DNA of 64,000 nt from Chrysomallon squamiferum (lineage: Eukaryota > Animalia > Mollusca). The stretch is from the NCBI GenBank assembly GCA_012295275.1, contig CM022677.1, forward strand, positions 23,746,001-23,810,000, in the 5' to 3' direction. A program made the translations under genes and the position numbers. Positions 1-20,232 of this stretch are shown piece by piece. Under the pieces are notes generated by a model. The model did not search any database, was not told the origin of the DNA, and saw only the letters and a list, made by a program, of their open reading frames with translations. Numbering within the stretch: the first letter of the stretch is position 1; every line of letters starts with the position of its first letter.

Positions 1-149
1 ATTATTTCTATTCCAGCTAATCAAAACCAGTAATATTTCAGGAAGATTCCATTAATAATTGTCTTCTGTTTGAATATTTATCATCTTCATCATCATTACA
101 ACATCTATCATCTTCTTCATAGCTTTACATTTCTATACTCAAATTCTAT

Positions 150-193
<44 letters not shown>

Positions 194-278
194 TTTGAGA
201 AAGACAGAGTTAAAGAGACAGAAAAGAGACAGACAGAGTCAGGAATTCATTGTTACAGTAATGATGATGTATATATAG

Positions 279-5524
<5,246 letters not shown>

Positions 5525-5578
5525 CGATTTTGAGAACAGTTAGAGTTAGAATATTTTCTGAACAATAATAACTTTTAT

Positions 5579-5663
<85 letters not shown>

Positions 5664-6105
5664 TCTATATTATATATATATATGTATGTATGTCTGTATA
5701 TATATATATATAATAAGTTTTGCATGCATGTAAATATGTATGGATGTACTGAACTGTGTTGTAAAAATTAACAAATACGCATATGAAATTTTACTCATAT
5801 TAACTCTAAATATTGTGCATCAACTGAAGTCAGGTTTTTGTTTCTTTTTCTCCGTCCGTGTTAATTAATAAACGAACACACAGACAAATGATGCTAATAA
5901 AATTAATAAGCAAATTGTCGACTTCTTTGTGGTTATATTAATGATAATAATAATCATATAGCTAAAACTCGTCGTTTACTTCTTTTGGGTATATTTAAAT
6001 GGTTTGGTGTTTATGTGCCTGCTTATTAATACAATAGCATTATTCGTTCCAGGAAATATATGGGGATCAGGGTTTCACAACAAACGTAAAGAAATGCAAT
6101 ATTTT

Positions 6106-6170
<65 letters not shown>

Positions 6171-6316
6171 ATAATAATAATAATAATAATAAATGAAAAC
6201 AAACTGAACAATATATTTATGCATGTATTTTATGACAATTAGATTTGTTTTCTTAAGTTACAAAGAGAAAGACAATATTTAAATTTGTCTTAGAGATGCT
6301 GATGATGATGAAGGTG

Positions 6317-6357
<41 letters not shown>

Positions 6358-7206
6358 TAATAATAAAAGATGAGACCGCTATGTATGCGATGACGTTATA
6401 ACTATTGTTAGGATAAAATGGCGGCTTTCAAATGTATTCAGGAGTTTTACTTTATTGCAAAACTTTCTTATTAAAACTACAAAATAATAACATGAAAGTA
6501 TTATTAATATTAAGAAACAACTTGATCGTACAGCTTTAGAAGAACTTTTTAAAGAGGAAGTCGTGTTTTATCATACACAAGATTAGATAGCTGAAGGTAC
6601 GGAGATAGGAGGCTTTTATTTTTCAAACAGTTTTATTTCTTTTTACTGTTTTAGTTGAACTAAATCAGACTTTTTCATTCACTGTTATTATCCTGGGACA
6701 TTATTATTATTTATTAATTTATTTCGTTTCATTAGATTACCGTCATTCTCAAATATTTTTAAAGTGTATATCTAACAAATAGTTTAATAAAATTATTATA
6801 GTTCCAATTTATATATATATATTATTTTCAGAGAACCCAGTAATCGCTTAAAATAAATAAAATATTAGAACGCAGCTGTTTTAGACCTTTCATAATTCCA
6901 GCTATGACGTCATCAAAGTCTCTCAGCCATGTGTAGTAGTAGATGACCTCATATTGAAAATGTCGGAACTGATTTTTTTAGATTTACTATTTTGTTATTA
7001 TACTTCGTTATTAGTAAATGCTGAACGGAAGAAAGAAACAGCAGGTAACAGGGAAGTACCAGAATATATGAACACTGTTTGTTAGCATCACCGAAGATGC
7101 GCTTTTAAAAGTTTAGCTTCACACAGAGTTTTTTATGTACAGTCGTTCTCGGTTCATTTGAAATCCACGCTTGAGGTCTTTTCTTAATTACTTCTGTCTG
7201 GACTAC

Positions 7207-7372
7207 TTAAATAACACAGATGAGATTTTTACCCTCCAGCACCTCCTCCTCCACCTTCCGCGATGACGTAGATGAATCTGCTCTGATAGACAGGAATGAA
7301 CACAGGAATGTAAGGATGGTTCCGCCAATGGCGAGGTAAAATGACCAGCCTAAAATAGAAACGTTTGTTTTC

Positions 7373-7431
<59 letters not shown>

Positions 7432-8389
7432 AAGAAGAATGTTATTATTATTAATTAATTTATTAATTAAAACTATGAAGTTTTTTTTTACTGAAATTAA
7501 TACATAACGTATTATGTATAGTAATGGTAATAGTAACAATAGCAATAGTAGCTTCAGTAATATCAGTAGCAGTCTCTGCAAATGAATTCGTAGTAGCAGC
7601 GGTAGCAGCAGTAGTGGTAGTAATAACTGTTGTTGTTGTTGTTGTTGCAGCAGTAGTTGTATTCATGTTATTACAGGATGAATGAATTAAACGGATGAAT
7701 GATGACGGCTCTTTTTCCTATTTCAGTGGCCAATCTCCATACATTACAATACGCAAAACACTTAGATTTCCTGACAGTATGTTTGATTGCCACTTTATTC
7801 CAAATATCGATTTCTTACAGAAATTAAGGGATCTGTGCTGAACGAAAGATTGATATGCTATGAATACAGAATCACGTTTTTAAATAATGTATTACTTAGA
7901 ACTGTCCTAAATATCAGACGAAGCTTTGTGTTTGTACGTTGAATGGCTGCTTGGTCCGTGTCTGTTTGTTTGATTTTACGGTTCATAATTTAGTTTTTTT
8001 CTTTCTTTCTTTGCTTAATTCTTTCGGTTTTTAAGTATTTTCGTTGATTTCTATTTTTCGTATGTTTTATTTTATTTATTTATTTATTTATTTTTTTTTT
8101 TTGGGAAGGATGGCTATATTTATTGTTATTTGTTTTCATTCGAATTTTTTTTTTTAGCGTAACCAAATTCACTAGTAGTGATAGTGACAGCAGCAGTAAT
8201 AACATAACCAGATTCACTAGTAGTGTAACACAACGTGGTGTTTGGACCAGTGTTCGTAATCACTTACCTAAACTGCACTCATCTTTTTCAAAAGGTGACG
8301 CGTACTTTCCACAGTATTTCTTTACCAAATCTGAACCCCAGCCTGCAGGATAGAGGATCAGTCCCACAATGGCAATAAGACCTAAGAGA

Positions 8390-8439
<50 letters not shown>

Positions 8440-9779
8440 TGATGATGATGATGATGATGAGAAGAAGAAGAAGAAGAAAACAAAAATAATTAAAGATAAA
8501 ATTAATAATTCCAGTCCAACTGGACTGTAAAACAAAACACTTTGGTTAATGATTAATTAACGGTGGTCGTTTGTGTGGTTTTCACTAATCGTGTTGAAGA
8601 ACTACGCCGAGAGGCTGTGTCTGAGATAAGTACTAACTCATCACAATACCATCTGAGTAACATGCAGCCTTAGACTCGAAATTAAACTAAACCCTCGACT
8701 AGATCACACTAAAAATTTAGCTTAACCATATCACTCTAAAAATATAGCTTAACCATATCACTCTAAAAATATAGCTTAACCATATCACACTAAAAATATA
8801 GCTTGACCATATCACACTAAAACTAAAGCTTAACCCCAGGGACACTAAATCTGATTTCCTCAGTCTCAAGCAGTCATAAGCGTTGACTAACAGTTTGAAT
8901 TACGAATGAGTTACAGCTCAAGTGCATCATTCATGACAGCACCCATCCTTTCCGTTGTAATATTAGTGTGAGTCATGATCACGTGTCTCTGTATTCGACT
9001 CTCTAAGTGTTAACGGATACAGAACGGAGGAAGAAAACCTGACTTTATTGTTTGTGTGCGTCTCAACATAATATTACATCTATCTGTATAACTGAATTAG
9101 TCAATTCAGAGCATGTATGTCTTCCTGTGTATCCGAATGTAACTCATATACAGAGCAAATATGTATTTCATATGTATAATGTGTATGCATTTATATGTGT
9201 ATACAAATTTATGTGTGTATGAGAGAGCGCGAGCGTTTGAATCTGTGTTTGTGTTTATGTGCGCGCGTATTCGTAGTTGTTTGTTTTCTCGCAAACGTCG
9301 AAGTAAATCTGCATCCGAACGTTCCCGAATATAAACGAAAGAACCCGAAACACCAGAACTGTGATTCATTCGTATTAGACTTAATACATATTCCCTGCTG
9401 AACCTATCACGTCACAAAATCTGAAGTCCGTCTGTGAATTTATGATTCATCTTGAGAAATAAACATGTCGTGGTCTGGCTGTTCTCAGCGCACGCAGTTT
9501 GACTCCTCGCTTAGACGTTTTTAATGTCGACACGACACGCGACTGAAAAACGTGTTTTCTCTTTTTTTTAAAGCGAAACAGTTTAGAGTGTTCAGTTATA
9601 ATTAATAATTCAGATAAAACGAATTAAGATTAAAACAAAAATATTAATGTAATAATACGAATAATAATAGCGAGGTAATGATAATGAAAACGATGATGAT
9701 GATGATGATGATGATGATAATTGTCAATATCAAAATAGAAATATGTAATGTATATTACATGAGATAATAATAATAATAA

Positions 9780-9810
<31 letters not shown>

Positions 9811-10828
9811 AAGAAGAAGATTAATGACACTATTTCACAATCTTTAACATCACAGAAATATATAACAAAGAAAAGAAAAAAATATATATATCAATAATAA
9901 ATTGCATTTAAGCAAAAAGAATGGGCTGGTTTTGTTTGTAAATGTGTTTAGCATATTTCTGACCTAAAAAGAGTATAAATGTGTTCAAACTGAATACACA
10001 TGCCGTTGCCATTATGAGGTCAAATTTATTTTCCATTTGTCCATCCACGTTTTCGATAATGAAAGGACATTTTTAAGAGTACCAATGGTCTGAATCTGGG
10101 GCAGATTTAAAAATATCAAAGGAAATTTGTTTATTTTAGTTTTATCATCTAATAAAGTGTGTATGTTCTGTCGAGTTCAATAGAACATAGATGTTAACGA
10201 TTTTTAAATTTATTTTTCAGGAATGTGCTAATATGATAAAAATCTGGACTGCGATTTCAGTTAACATGATATTAAACACAAATAATAAAACGATTGCATG
10301 CTGAGTAAATGATTTGAAAAACAGAACACACATACGTCGTGTTTGAATCCTTAATTCCCAGATGTGCCCGTGGGATACATCAAAGTAACAGAAATAAATA
10401 AAGAAAAATATCTCAAAATTATTCGGTTAATTTGTGAAGATAGAAAACACATTGTTATATTCTGACTTATTTCTTCGAGAACTTTATGCGAACTATAAAT
10501 TCTTAATAATTATTATATCTCGGCGCTGTTCGGCTTAAATCGGTTTCGTTCGTTTAAGTTCGTTTACATTTCGGTTCATCTCGGTGTTAATGTTGAAGAC
10601 AAGATATGAAGATGACCTAGCATGTATTGAGAGGAAAGGTAAAATAATAATAATAAAAAAAACGTCTTTAAATTCTCATTAAAATGGTCATGTTAATGGG
10701 AATTTCAAAACTTTTTTTGTATTATTTTACTAGAAAACGATATTTTGTCTGAGTAATACACTGACAAATACATATAATAATAGAAAATATATAGTTTTTT
10801 TCAAAGACATACACAAACAAACATAATG

Positions 10829-10872
<44 letters not shown>

Positions 10873-11367
10873 CAATGCATATAACTACACAAATGTTACT
10901 ACAACAAAGCAGCCAGTCCTACCTGCAATACTCTGCAGCAGTCCGCACACAGTAAATATACTTTTACCACAAAGCGACCTCGTACACAAACTGATGATCG
11001 ACATCACTGTTACAAACACCAAGATTTGAGCCGTGCACGAGAAAAACACCAAAGCGGCTTTCCATGCGTGAGGAAATTCAGAATCGGGCATATCAAACCC
11101 AGTCACAAAATGAGCGCACGATTCTCGATCATCGATACTCCGATAGTGATGTAGACGAGTGCATCGATTAAAGATTCCGATGGTCGGACGAAAGATCCGA
11201 TCAGGGTCGATTCCTGTTTGATTATCGTAAATCGACAAGGAACCGGCCTTACGTGGCGTTCCGATCAGCCAGTAAGGGGAGGTAATCGAGACGGTGATCA
11301 TCATGAAGCTGGTGATGGAAAGGAGTGTCCATAGCAACGTCCAGCACGTGATGATGACGTAGCACAT
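7207..11367 (-). CDS. LHFPL2: LHFPL tetraspan family protein (LHFPL2-like), 233 aa
   Basis: Exons 11367-10923, 8381-8268 and 7349-7207 (702 nt, GT-AG, phase 1). Starts [17 protein letters not shown], contains [11 protein letters not shown] and [13 protein letters not shown], and ends [13 protein letters not shown], matching LHFPL2-type termini. Acceptor for a 5'UTR intron at about 11423. Confidence 0.92.
8703..8835. repeat. 27-bp minisatellite, about 5 copies, in an LHFPL2 intron
   Basis: Unit ATCACACTAAAAATATAGCTTAACCAT repeated with few substitutions. Confidence 0.85.
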
Positions 11368-11515
11368 TTTTCTTGTCTGCAGTTATAATGCCGAGACTCG
11401 GCAAATTCATTAAATTATAGACCTGTAGAAAGAAAAGAAAATTAATTAATCATTTAATTACGAAGAAGAAGAAGACGGAGAAATGTTTTTAAAACTAACT
11501 AACTAATTAACTGAA

Positions 11516-11566
<51 letters not shown>

Positions 11567-12223
11567 AAAGGGGTTGTGGTTATTCTTAATCTTTAACATG
11601 CAGAAACAGAAAAGTACGATATAAGACTTTTACTTAACATTAGAGACTGGCGGAATGACAAAGCCACAACAGGCTGGTGTTGCTGCTACCAAACGACAAC
11701 TACTACTAACAGTAATAATACCATAACAACGATTAACTGATACAAATAATATTGCCACTGCCGCTGCTATTGCTGCTATTCTTATAACTACTACTATTGC
11801 TACTATTACTGTTATTTTCCTTTTATTATTCAGGTGCTGCCATTGTACTGCTGGTACTATTGCTGCTGCTACTACTACCACTACAACCGCTACTACAACT
11901 ACTACTACTACTATTACTACTATACAGAAATGTTAAAAATCATTGTGAAACACGATTTGCTATCTAACATTTTTTTTATTATCTCAGAGGAGAATGAAAA
12001 TAAACATGTCACTGCGATTAATTTCTATAAATAGAAGTCAGAGCTGTCCAGTTTGAATGGGATCCATGTTTACACATGGGAAGCATTTGACACATGGACA
12101 AACAGACAGGTCAGGGCTACAACTGGAGAAACAAGATTCTTTTCACATTGTAATTGATTATATTATTTTGCTGAGATGATTAGGAGACCGGCAGACAAAG
12201 ATTCATAAACTGATAAAATGAGT

Positions 12224-12371
<148 letters not shown>

Positions 12372-12675
12372 ACAGGTTTTCAAGCCATCACGAAGACGAC
12401 ACAGTCAGTGTGTAATTATAACAGTTACCACAGTCTAGTATCTCATGCCGTGAACTGCATTATATCTCGCTCCAGAGTTGAAAAGTCCACACAGCATGTC
12501 GATTAGTACTACATTCATTACCGTCCATTTTGCAATAACACGGTCTGTTATATATGTAAATGCACTAGAGAGAGAAGAAAGAGAAGGTGGGGGTAATAAT
12601 AGATAGATAGGTAAGTAGGCAGGTAGTAGACTTGATGAATGAACACATTATATTTGCATATACATATGCACGCAC

Positions 12676-12767
<92 letters not shown>

Positions 12768-13423
12768 AGAGAGATATATAGATATATAGATAGGTAGATA
12801 GACAGACAAACAGATTATTATTACTATATGAGAGATTAAAACAGACAGACATGCCGACGCCAACCATAATCCGAAACTTCATCTAGCCACATTCGCGAAT
12901 GTCATTTTAATTTATTATATAATCATAGTGGATCAGATATCAAGATGATAAGGAACATTTCCAGCTTTCCTGGCAAAGCATATTTACATGTAACACTGGT
13001 ATGCAGAGTCAGACATAACTCGTCTATGCAGGCACTGAGACAAGACAGTAAACAGGTGGAAGATTATTACATTTAATATGAGTCACAATACACAAAACAA
13101 ACACGAAAACAGGAATTTTAATAATTTTTGATTCAGATTCTTCGTTACCAAGCCTCAGTCCCGCGCTGACTAAGCGAGAGCTGAATTCAGTTTTGTCAAA
13201 CGCTGATTGTTTCGGTTTAAAATAATTCTTAAAAAGTATACTTCTTTACACTTTGTGAATAATGCTTTGTTTTTATTATACAGAATAAGGTTATACATGT
13301 ATTTGCTTGTTTGTTGTGGTATCTATACACATAGACATACATTATACATACATGTACACATTCATAATTAGTTTAGACACACACACATATATCTATGTAT
13401 ATAGATATATATATGTGTATATG

Positions 13424-13464
<41 letters not shown>

Positions 13465-13502
13465 TATATATACATACATATATACACACATATATATAGC
13501 GC

Positions 13503-13533
<31 letters not shown>

Positions 13534-13571
13534 CATTTAAATAAAAACAGAAAGACGCAAACAAACAATTC

Positions 13572-13606
<35 letters not shown>

Positions 13607-13630
13607 GTTAAAATAGCATTCTGTCCATAC

Positions 13631-14220
13631 CTGATGCTCCAGTTTCTACGGTAGATAAATACTCATTCTGTAAACGCTTTATTCTAACAAATCGCTGGGT
13701 ATTTACAATCAAAGGTAAATCCTGGAACAAAACAGTGAACAATGCTTCTATGGTAATTCACGACGAAACAACGACCTGTCCTTTTCACAGAGTTCTCTGT
13801 TTGTGTCCGGTTTTCACCATCACAGAGTCGAGAAAAAGAAAACTTCAAACACTACGTAGTAAATCTGGACTACACATTTATCAAACTTTCTTTTCAAAAC
13901 TCGTCTTCCAGTGGAGCGCGCGCCCGAAATCGTTTGCTACAGTAGGTTCGTCTGCTTTTCCTTTGATTTCTGTTTCGAGGCTGAATGTAAACTGACAGTC
14001 TGTCAGGTGCGAGGGCACGCGGAATCAGCTGACCGATTAGCTACTCAGCTGACTGCGGCCATTTAACGTTTGACGTCTGCTCGTCTGCGATTTGACCGGC
14101 GGTTAAGTCAGATAGCGGACCGCGGGAACGTTATCGGCTGCTTCGAATCGACAGACGGAGGCGCGCGGCAGCTGCTGTGTTTGCGCGCGCTGTGCATGCT
14201 GGCGCGCGCGCTCGTTTCTG
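13631..14220 (-). promoter_or_regulatory. Probable proximal promoter and non-coding first exon of LHFPL2
   Basis: Minus-strand donor CAG|GTATGG at 13631/13630. CpG-rich island at 13915-14220 (GCGCGCGC runs). Repeated CGTCTGC motif. Confidence 0.6.
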
Positions 14221-14326
14221 TTGCCATACGTATATTGATTTTGTGGCTGTGGAATATAATAAATTAATTTTAGAAAATAAGTGCTTTTCAATCAAACACT
14301 CAGTTCCACTTCGTTTTCCTTCTTTT

Positions 14327-14360
<34 letters not shown>

Positions 14361-15483
14361 TTATTATATTTCCGTTGTGAATAGGGATGTTCTTTTGTTT
14401 GTTTGTGTTACTGAACACATTGGCCGTCGCATATTTTTTCAAGATAGAATGTTTAGAAGTCTGTTTGGCAGGGGATTACTATAAGATACATATTAACGAG
14501 CCATAACACTGTGTTTATATTCAGCTTCTTTTCAAAATGAGAATAATAATCCCAAAAGCTGATTATATCACAGTAAAACAGCGGCGGTGGCAAAGCCTTT
14601 ATTGTGAAACTAACCAGTACCTGGTATTTTCATTTTAATTATTTATTTACTTTGTTTTTTATTTTTGTTTTGTTTTTTCTTCTTCTTGAAGCAGCAGTAG
14701 ATTGCTCTTAATAATAGTAATACTAATAGTAGTAATAACAGTAGTAGTTATATTAGAAGTTGTAGTGGTACGGGTTTTAATATTAGCAGTTGTAGTAGTA
14801 CGGGTTTTAATATTAGCAGTAGCAATAGCAACAAAAACAACAATAGTAGTAGTAGTAGTAGCAGTAGCAGGAACAAAAGCATTATAATAGCAGCAACAGT
14901 TATAGAAATAGTAGTAACAGCAATGATAATTTGCTTTTCTTTCTTCTGTTTTATTTATTTTGTAATGGTAACAGATTTTCCTGTCTGAAATTAAGAGGAA
15001 CCTAACTTTCAAACTCATTACCGCAGCAAGTTAACCTCGAATAGAGCTGAGTGCCCACATTGAATAACAACAGTACAAAGATCTTCACCTGCTAAAATTA
15101 TACAGCAGCTCCTTCATTATCTCCCTTTGTGTGAACTCCTCACAGTGAGTTGCTGTTGAGATTGATGAATAAGGTGTCGGGGGCGGAACTGGAAACTTAC
15201 CAGGGGGTGAAAACAATGTTGTAAAAGAGAGAGTTTAATGAAAGAAAGTGAAGGGCATGTTGCAGGACCCGAGAAACACCTGAAATGTCGCGTCTAAAAA
15301 ACACAAAGCTGTGCAAATTTAAAATTCTGTTTTCCTATGACTCTTCTTTTACAGATTTACTAAGAACTGACACCCACCTCACAATAATTATGCAAACCTA
15401 AAGGGGCGAACACGATTCACGATTCCCTGTAGTTGTTCGCTTATATTTTGAGTTTATAATGGAACTGAAGTACATTTTGAAGT

Positions 15484-15590
15484 GTTCGTCTGCTTTTCCT
15501 GCTGTTTCGAGACTGACGTAAACTGACAGTCTGTCAGTCAGCGAGGGCACGAGGAGTCAGCTGACCGCTTAGTTACTCAACTGACGTCTG
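15484..15590. repeat. Diverged direct copy of 13947-14055
   Basis: Both copies share TTCGTCTGCTTTTCCT...CTGTTTCGAG.CTGA..GTAAACTGACAGTCTGTCAG..GCGAGGGCACG.GGA.TCAGCTGACCG.TTAG.TACTCA.CTGAC. Confidence 0.85.
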
Positions 15591-16982
15591 CTTTTCTGTG
15601 TAATCCACAATCCCTGTCCCTTGTAAAACTCCAGGATCCGCCCGCAGATATAACGAATGTTTCCGTCTCGTTCACTGATCTTTAGTAAATACACGTTTTT
15701 ATTTATTTTATAAATGATTTCTCTGTTAAGCATGTCAATGATGTACTTTTTGCACATAAATAATTACTGTGTGTACGTACGTATGTGTTCATATGTGTGT
15801 TTGTTGGTTTGTTTGTGTTTTTACAAACAAACACATAAACAAAACAAAAAATCCCCCGAACAAAACACACAATCCAAAGACACACACAGACGAAATATAT
15901 TCACAGAGTGAAATTTTTATGGCCGTATTTTAGTGTATACATTAAACTCTCTCCTCGATCGAGTTTCACGGCTACGACAACTGCTGCTAGTAAAAGACGA
16001 CCGCGTGTACACCTGAAGTAAACACAGCGCACGAGAACAATGGCAGCGCGAGAAACGTTTTCTCTTTAGTCTCACGAATGGAATGTCCGATGTGAATAAA
16101 AAGGAAGGTAAATCTAGTACACTGTTTTCATTGGCAGCGCTTGTACGAGTTTGAACATATATCAGTTTAAAAAGGAAGAAGAAAAGTCATAAATATATTA
16201 ATAATAACAACAACAACCGCAACAACAACCGCAACAACAACAGCAAACAAACAAATAAATACATAAATAAATATCTGGATGATGGAAAACAGAAAACACA
16301 TATTCATGCTTCCTCACATACATACAAACATATATGCACACACACACACACACACACACACAGAGAGATAGACAGAGAAAACTGCCATTAATTCATATAT
16401 GCATACATACATACATATAAACATACACACACATACATACGTAAATACGTACATTCATACATACACATATACATACATACATAATTATAAACATAAAAAT
16501 AACTAAAGAAATAGGAATATTTTGAAAAGACAGGAATAAGGAATCAACAAAATGGAGAGACAAAAAAAGAAATCAGTCATACTGGGGAAAATGTTTTTTA
16601 ACTTTATTATCTTAGCCTAGAAGTGTATTTTTGATTAAACTCTGTTATAAATTCTGCATGTACGGCTGCGGTGCAGTAATTTACGGGGTGGTGGTGAAAC
16701 GTAAAATCAGGAAAGCGCACTCTGTGCTACTCTGTTCTTACACCGCTGTTTGATTTATTATTTAGCCGAGGCTGTACAAGATAAGAAGTGAAACGGACTT
16801 GAGAATCGGACTAACGTCTTTTTAATACGCGCGTTACGTGATCGTGCGCAATAAACACGTGTTTCAGTCAGGTCATAACTTAAACGTTGTCAGTGGTTCT
16901 GAGAAATGTGTCAGAGAAATTAATGATCAAAGGTAAACAACAGCGAGCAGAACTGTGAGAAGGTGATGGAATTTACCAACAG

Positions 16983-17069
<87 letters not shown>

Positions 17070-17402
17070 ATTCTTTATATTTTATGTGTTGAGTATAAGT
17101 CGATCTATCTCTCTATTCCTTTCTTTTTATCTCCCTTTTGTTTTATGAATTCTTGCATGCTTTTATATGTATATTTATATGTAATGTAGATATTATATAT
17201 ATTTGTATATATACATATATATATACACACACACACACACAGATATACACACACGTATATACATATACATACACACACATATATGCATGTATATGTATGT
17301 ATGTGCACACATATACACACACATATATATATATATAAAACATACATACATATATCTGTGTGTGTGTAAACATATACTAATATATAATTATGCAAATAAA
17401 AC

Positions 17403-17494
<92 letters not shown>

Positions 17495-18224
17495 GCGAAT
17501 GCACTGTATATTTTTAAATAAAAAGTAAATATATACTAATTTACCTGCACTCAGTAACCGCTTCAATATATTTCCACTCTAAATTGTTTAATAAAACTGT
17601 CGTGCAGAAGTGACTAACAAAATAAACACAGCTGACTGTCAACAACTGCACTGCTGATAACACTGTATACCGAATTGTTCGAGCGATACTTCGTATTTCC
17701 GTAATTCTCCGTTCGGCTATTTTCGGAATCTCAACAAAGCTGGCACAATACGCCAAAACAAATAGGTCCTCGCCCTTTCGTCTGCTAGACTTGCTTATCG
17801 GCTGATTCGAGTCAAGCTGAACGGGAATTTAACTGTCTGGTAAAACATTTATGTAGTACATATAAATATGTACGAAATGTTAAACAGAAAAACAGTGACG
17901 TATTACAATCAGCATTGAAAGCTCTACAAACATACGAGGCGTCTGGATGCTACAGTACGCAGACTGGTATAATAGATATCGCGTGGGTGGTGCTTTCGAG
18001 AAAAAGGCGCGAGGTTCTTTCTCACCAACTAGGTGCAAAAAGTCATTGAAGACTCGGCTTTCACCAGTAGACTTTCTCGTAGTACTTTGTGCCTATACTG
18101 TACTGAAAAAATATGTTTAAAGTAAGTGCACATATGGAGGATACATTATGGTGACGATGATGATGATGAAGATGATGTTGATGATGATGATAAACTAGTA
18201 GTTTAACATTTGTTTAAAATGTAT

Positions 18225-18267
<43 letters not shown>

Positions 18268-19587
18268 TGATTATACTATGGATCGTATTGTGTTTCTTGT
18301 TATTAGTAGTTGAAATTTATTTATTTATTTATTTATTTATTTAAAGAGGTTCAGTGTAACTATGGCTTTCATCAGCCAACGCCTAGTCTATATTTAGAAG
18401 ACAACGGAAAGTGACAGCTTTAACCGGATGTTTTAACGACACTGGTGATGTTGTAGTTATTACTAACATTGCAACTGCTACTACTATTACTATTGCTATT
18501 ACTGTTACAATTATTAGCATATTGCCAGTAGTAATATTACTCGTACCACTAGTAGTATCAGTATTAATACTTCTAATGTTACTACTGCTACTGCTACTGT
18601 TACTACCAAAATTACTTTATAAACAAAAACAAACATACGTTAATCAAACAAACAAAATCAAATAAAAAAAAAGAAAGAAAGAAAGAAATGGAGGAAATAA
18701 ACAAACTGAAACAATAGTTTTAGAAAAAATAAATATAATATAAAGAAATATTATACATAGAAAAAATAAACTTTATTGTCAGAATCTCGGATACGATACG
18801 ATAGAACAAACATTTACAAATATGTACAGTTAAGATACAGACCATTCTGAAAACAAAAATATTTGCCGTTATCTGCCAGTAAGATACCAGCACGTGAATT
18901 TCACTTTTTTGTAAAACAGTTACTCTCATGATTACATTATAATTTCATTACGACAAGCAATTTTTTATTCTAAGACCATTTTATATATTACAGTAGAACC
19001 TTAAATGTTAAAATATCATTTCACACTATACAGCAGTTCGTTGTATTTTAAGACACCAGTGTTTTTCAGTTTAAATTTTGATATTCTTCGTTGCAGTGAT
19101 AAAACTATTTCACACACATCTGCTGTAATCTGTTATAAACATGTTTGTGTATGTAGATACGTATAGAGTATCCTGAAAAATTAGCTACAAAATAAATACA
19201 CCTTGAATTTCAGAATCGTATTACGACTTGTATCCCTGATCACAGTGGTCATGTCGAAAATTAAGAATCGACAATAAATATTTTGTAAAAATCAAATAAA
19301 TTATTTTCCTTTATCCTTTTTACGGATCAAGATCAGAAGATATAAAAATTAAAAATTGCTCAAGGTCTTTATAGTCAGAAAAAAGATGACAGAGAAAGAT
19401 TATATTTTAGATTAAAAACGAAAAAAAAAAAAAAGCAAACAAAAAGAAAACTAAAACAAAAAAAAACAAAGACAGGTAAAAAAAAAAAAAAATAAAAAAA
19501 AAAAATTAAAATTAAAATTAAAATTAAACTTAATTAAACTGAATTAAATTAAATTAAATTAAACTAGTTTGAAACTTTGAGTTATGT

Positions 19588-20149
19588 TTAGAATGTGGTA
19601 AGTCCATCTATTGAAGTATCGTCTGCTTCAGATAATGTAGAGCGTGGAATTTTACCATATCTGAAAATAAGTAATAAGTAAGTAAGTAAATAAGTAAGTA
19701 AGACGAAGAACACTAACTATGTGTTATGCGAAACCAGTAACAGGATAAAAGTTACTATAATAATATTAATACACATCCAGTACTCAATTTTAGAACCAAA
19801 AAAATCAAGCAACATATATATATATATGTTATTTAATAAGTGTTTAGATTAAATAAGTAAATGATATATTGGTAAAATACTGAAGATAATGTGTAATGTA
19901 AAACCTCCTATTGACACATAATAACATTACGTTTTACAAATAGCGGAGTCGAACAGTGTTTGGCGTGAACTCAGTCTTTATAGACGTTTTCGTAAATAAG
20001 AAACAGTCATTTACCTTTCATAGTCGTAATTGTCGAGTGCTCGCAGACTTAACGTGCTCCATTTAATTTCTGGGTTTTTAACCTGTTCTTGCAAACGACG
20101 GCTAGTTTTTTTAAACAAAATATATATATATATATATAAGCAATTGCAT

Positions 20150-20232
<83 letters not shown>

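Noticed and set aside
7207-7221. C-terminal CVI / CaaX-like end of LHFPL2 as a novelty
   Set aside because: A similar NLxCxx terminus is a known LHFPL2 feature, and the Cys is third from the end, so it is not a true CaaX box.
8703-8835. 27-bp repeats as CRISPR or telomere-like sequence
   Set aside because: There are no spacers and the CTTAACC core is not tandem. It is an ordinary intronic minisatellite.
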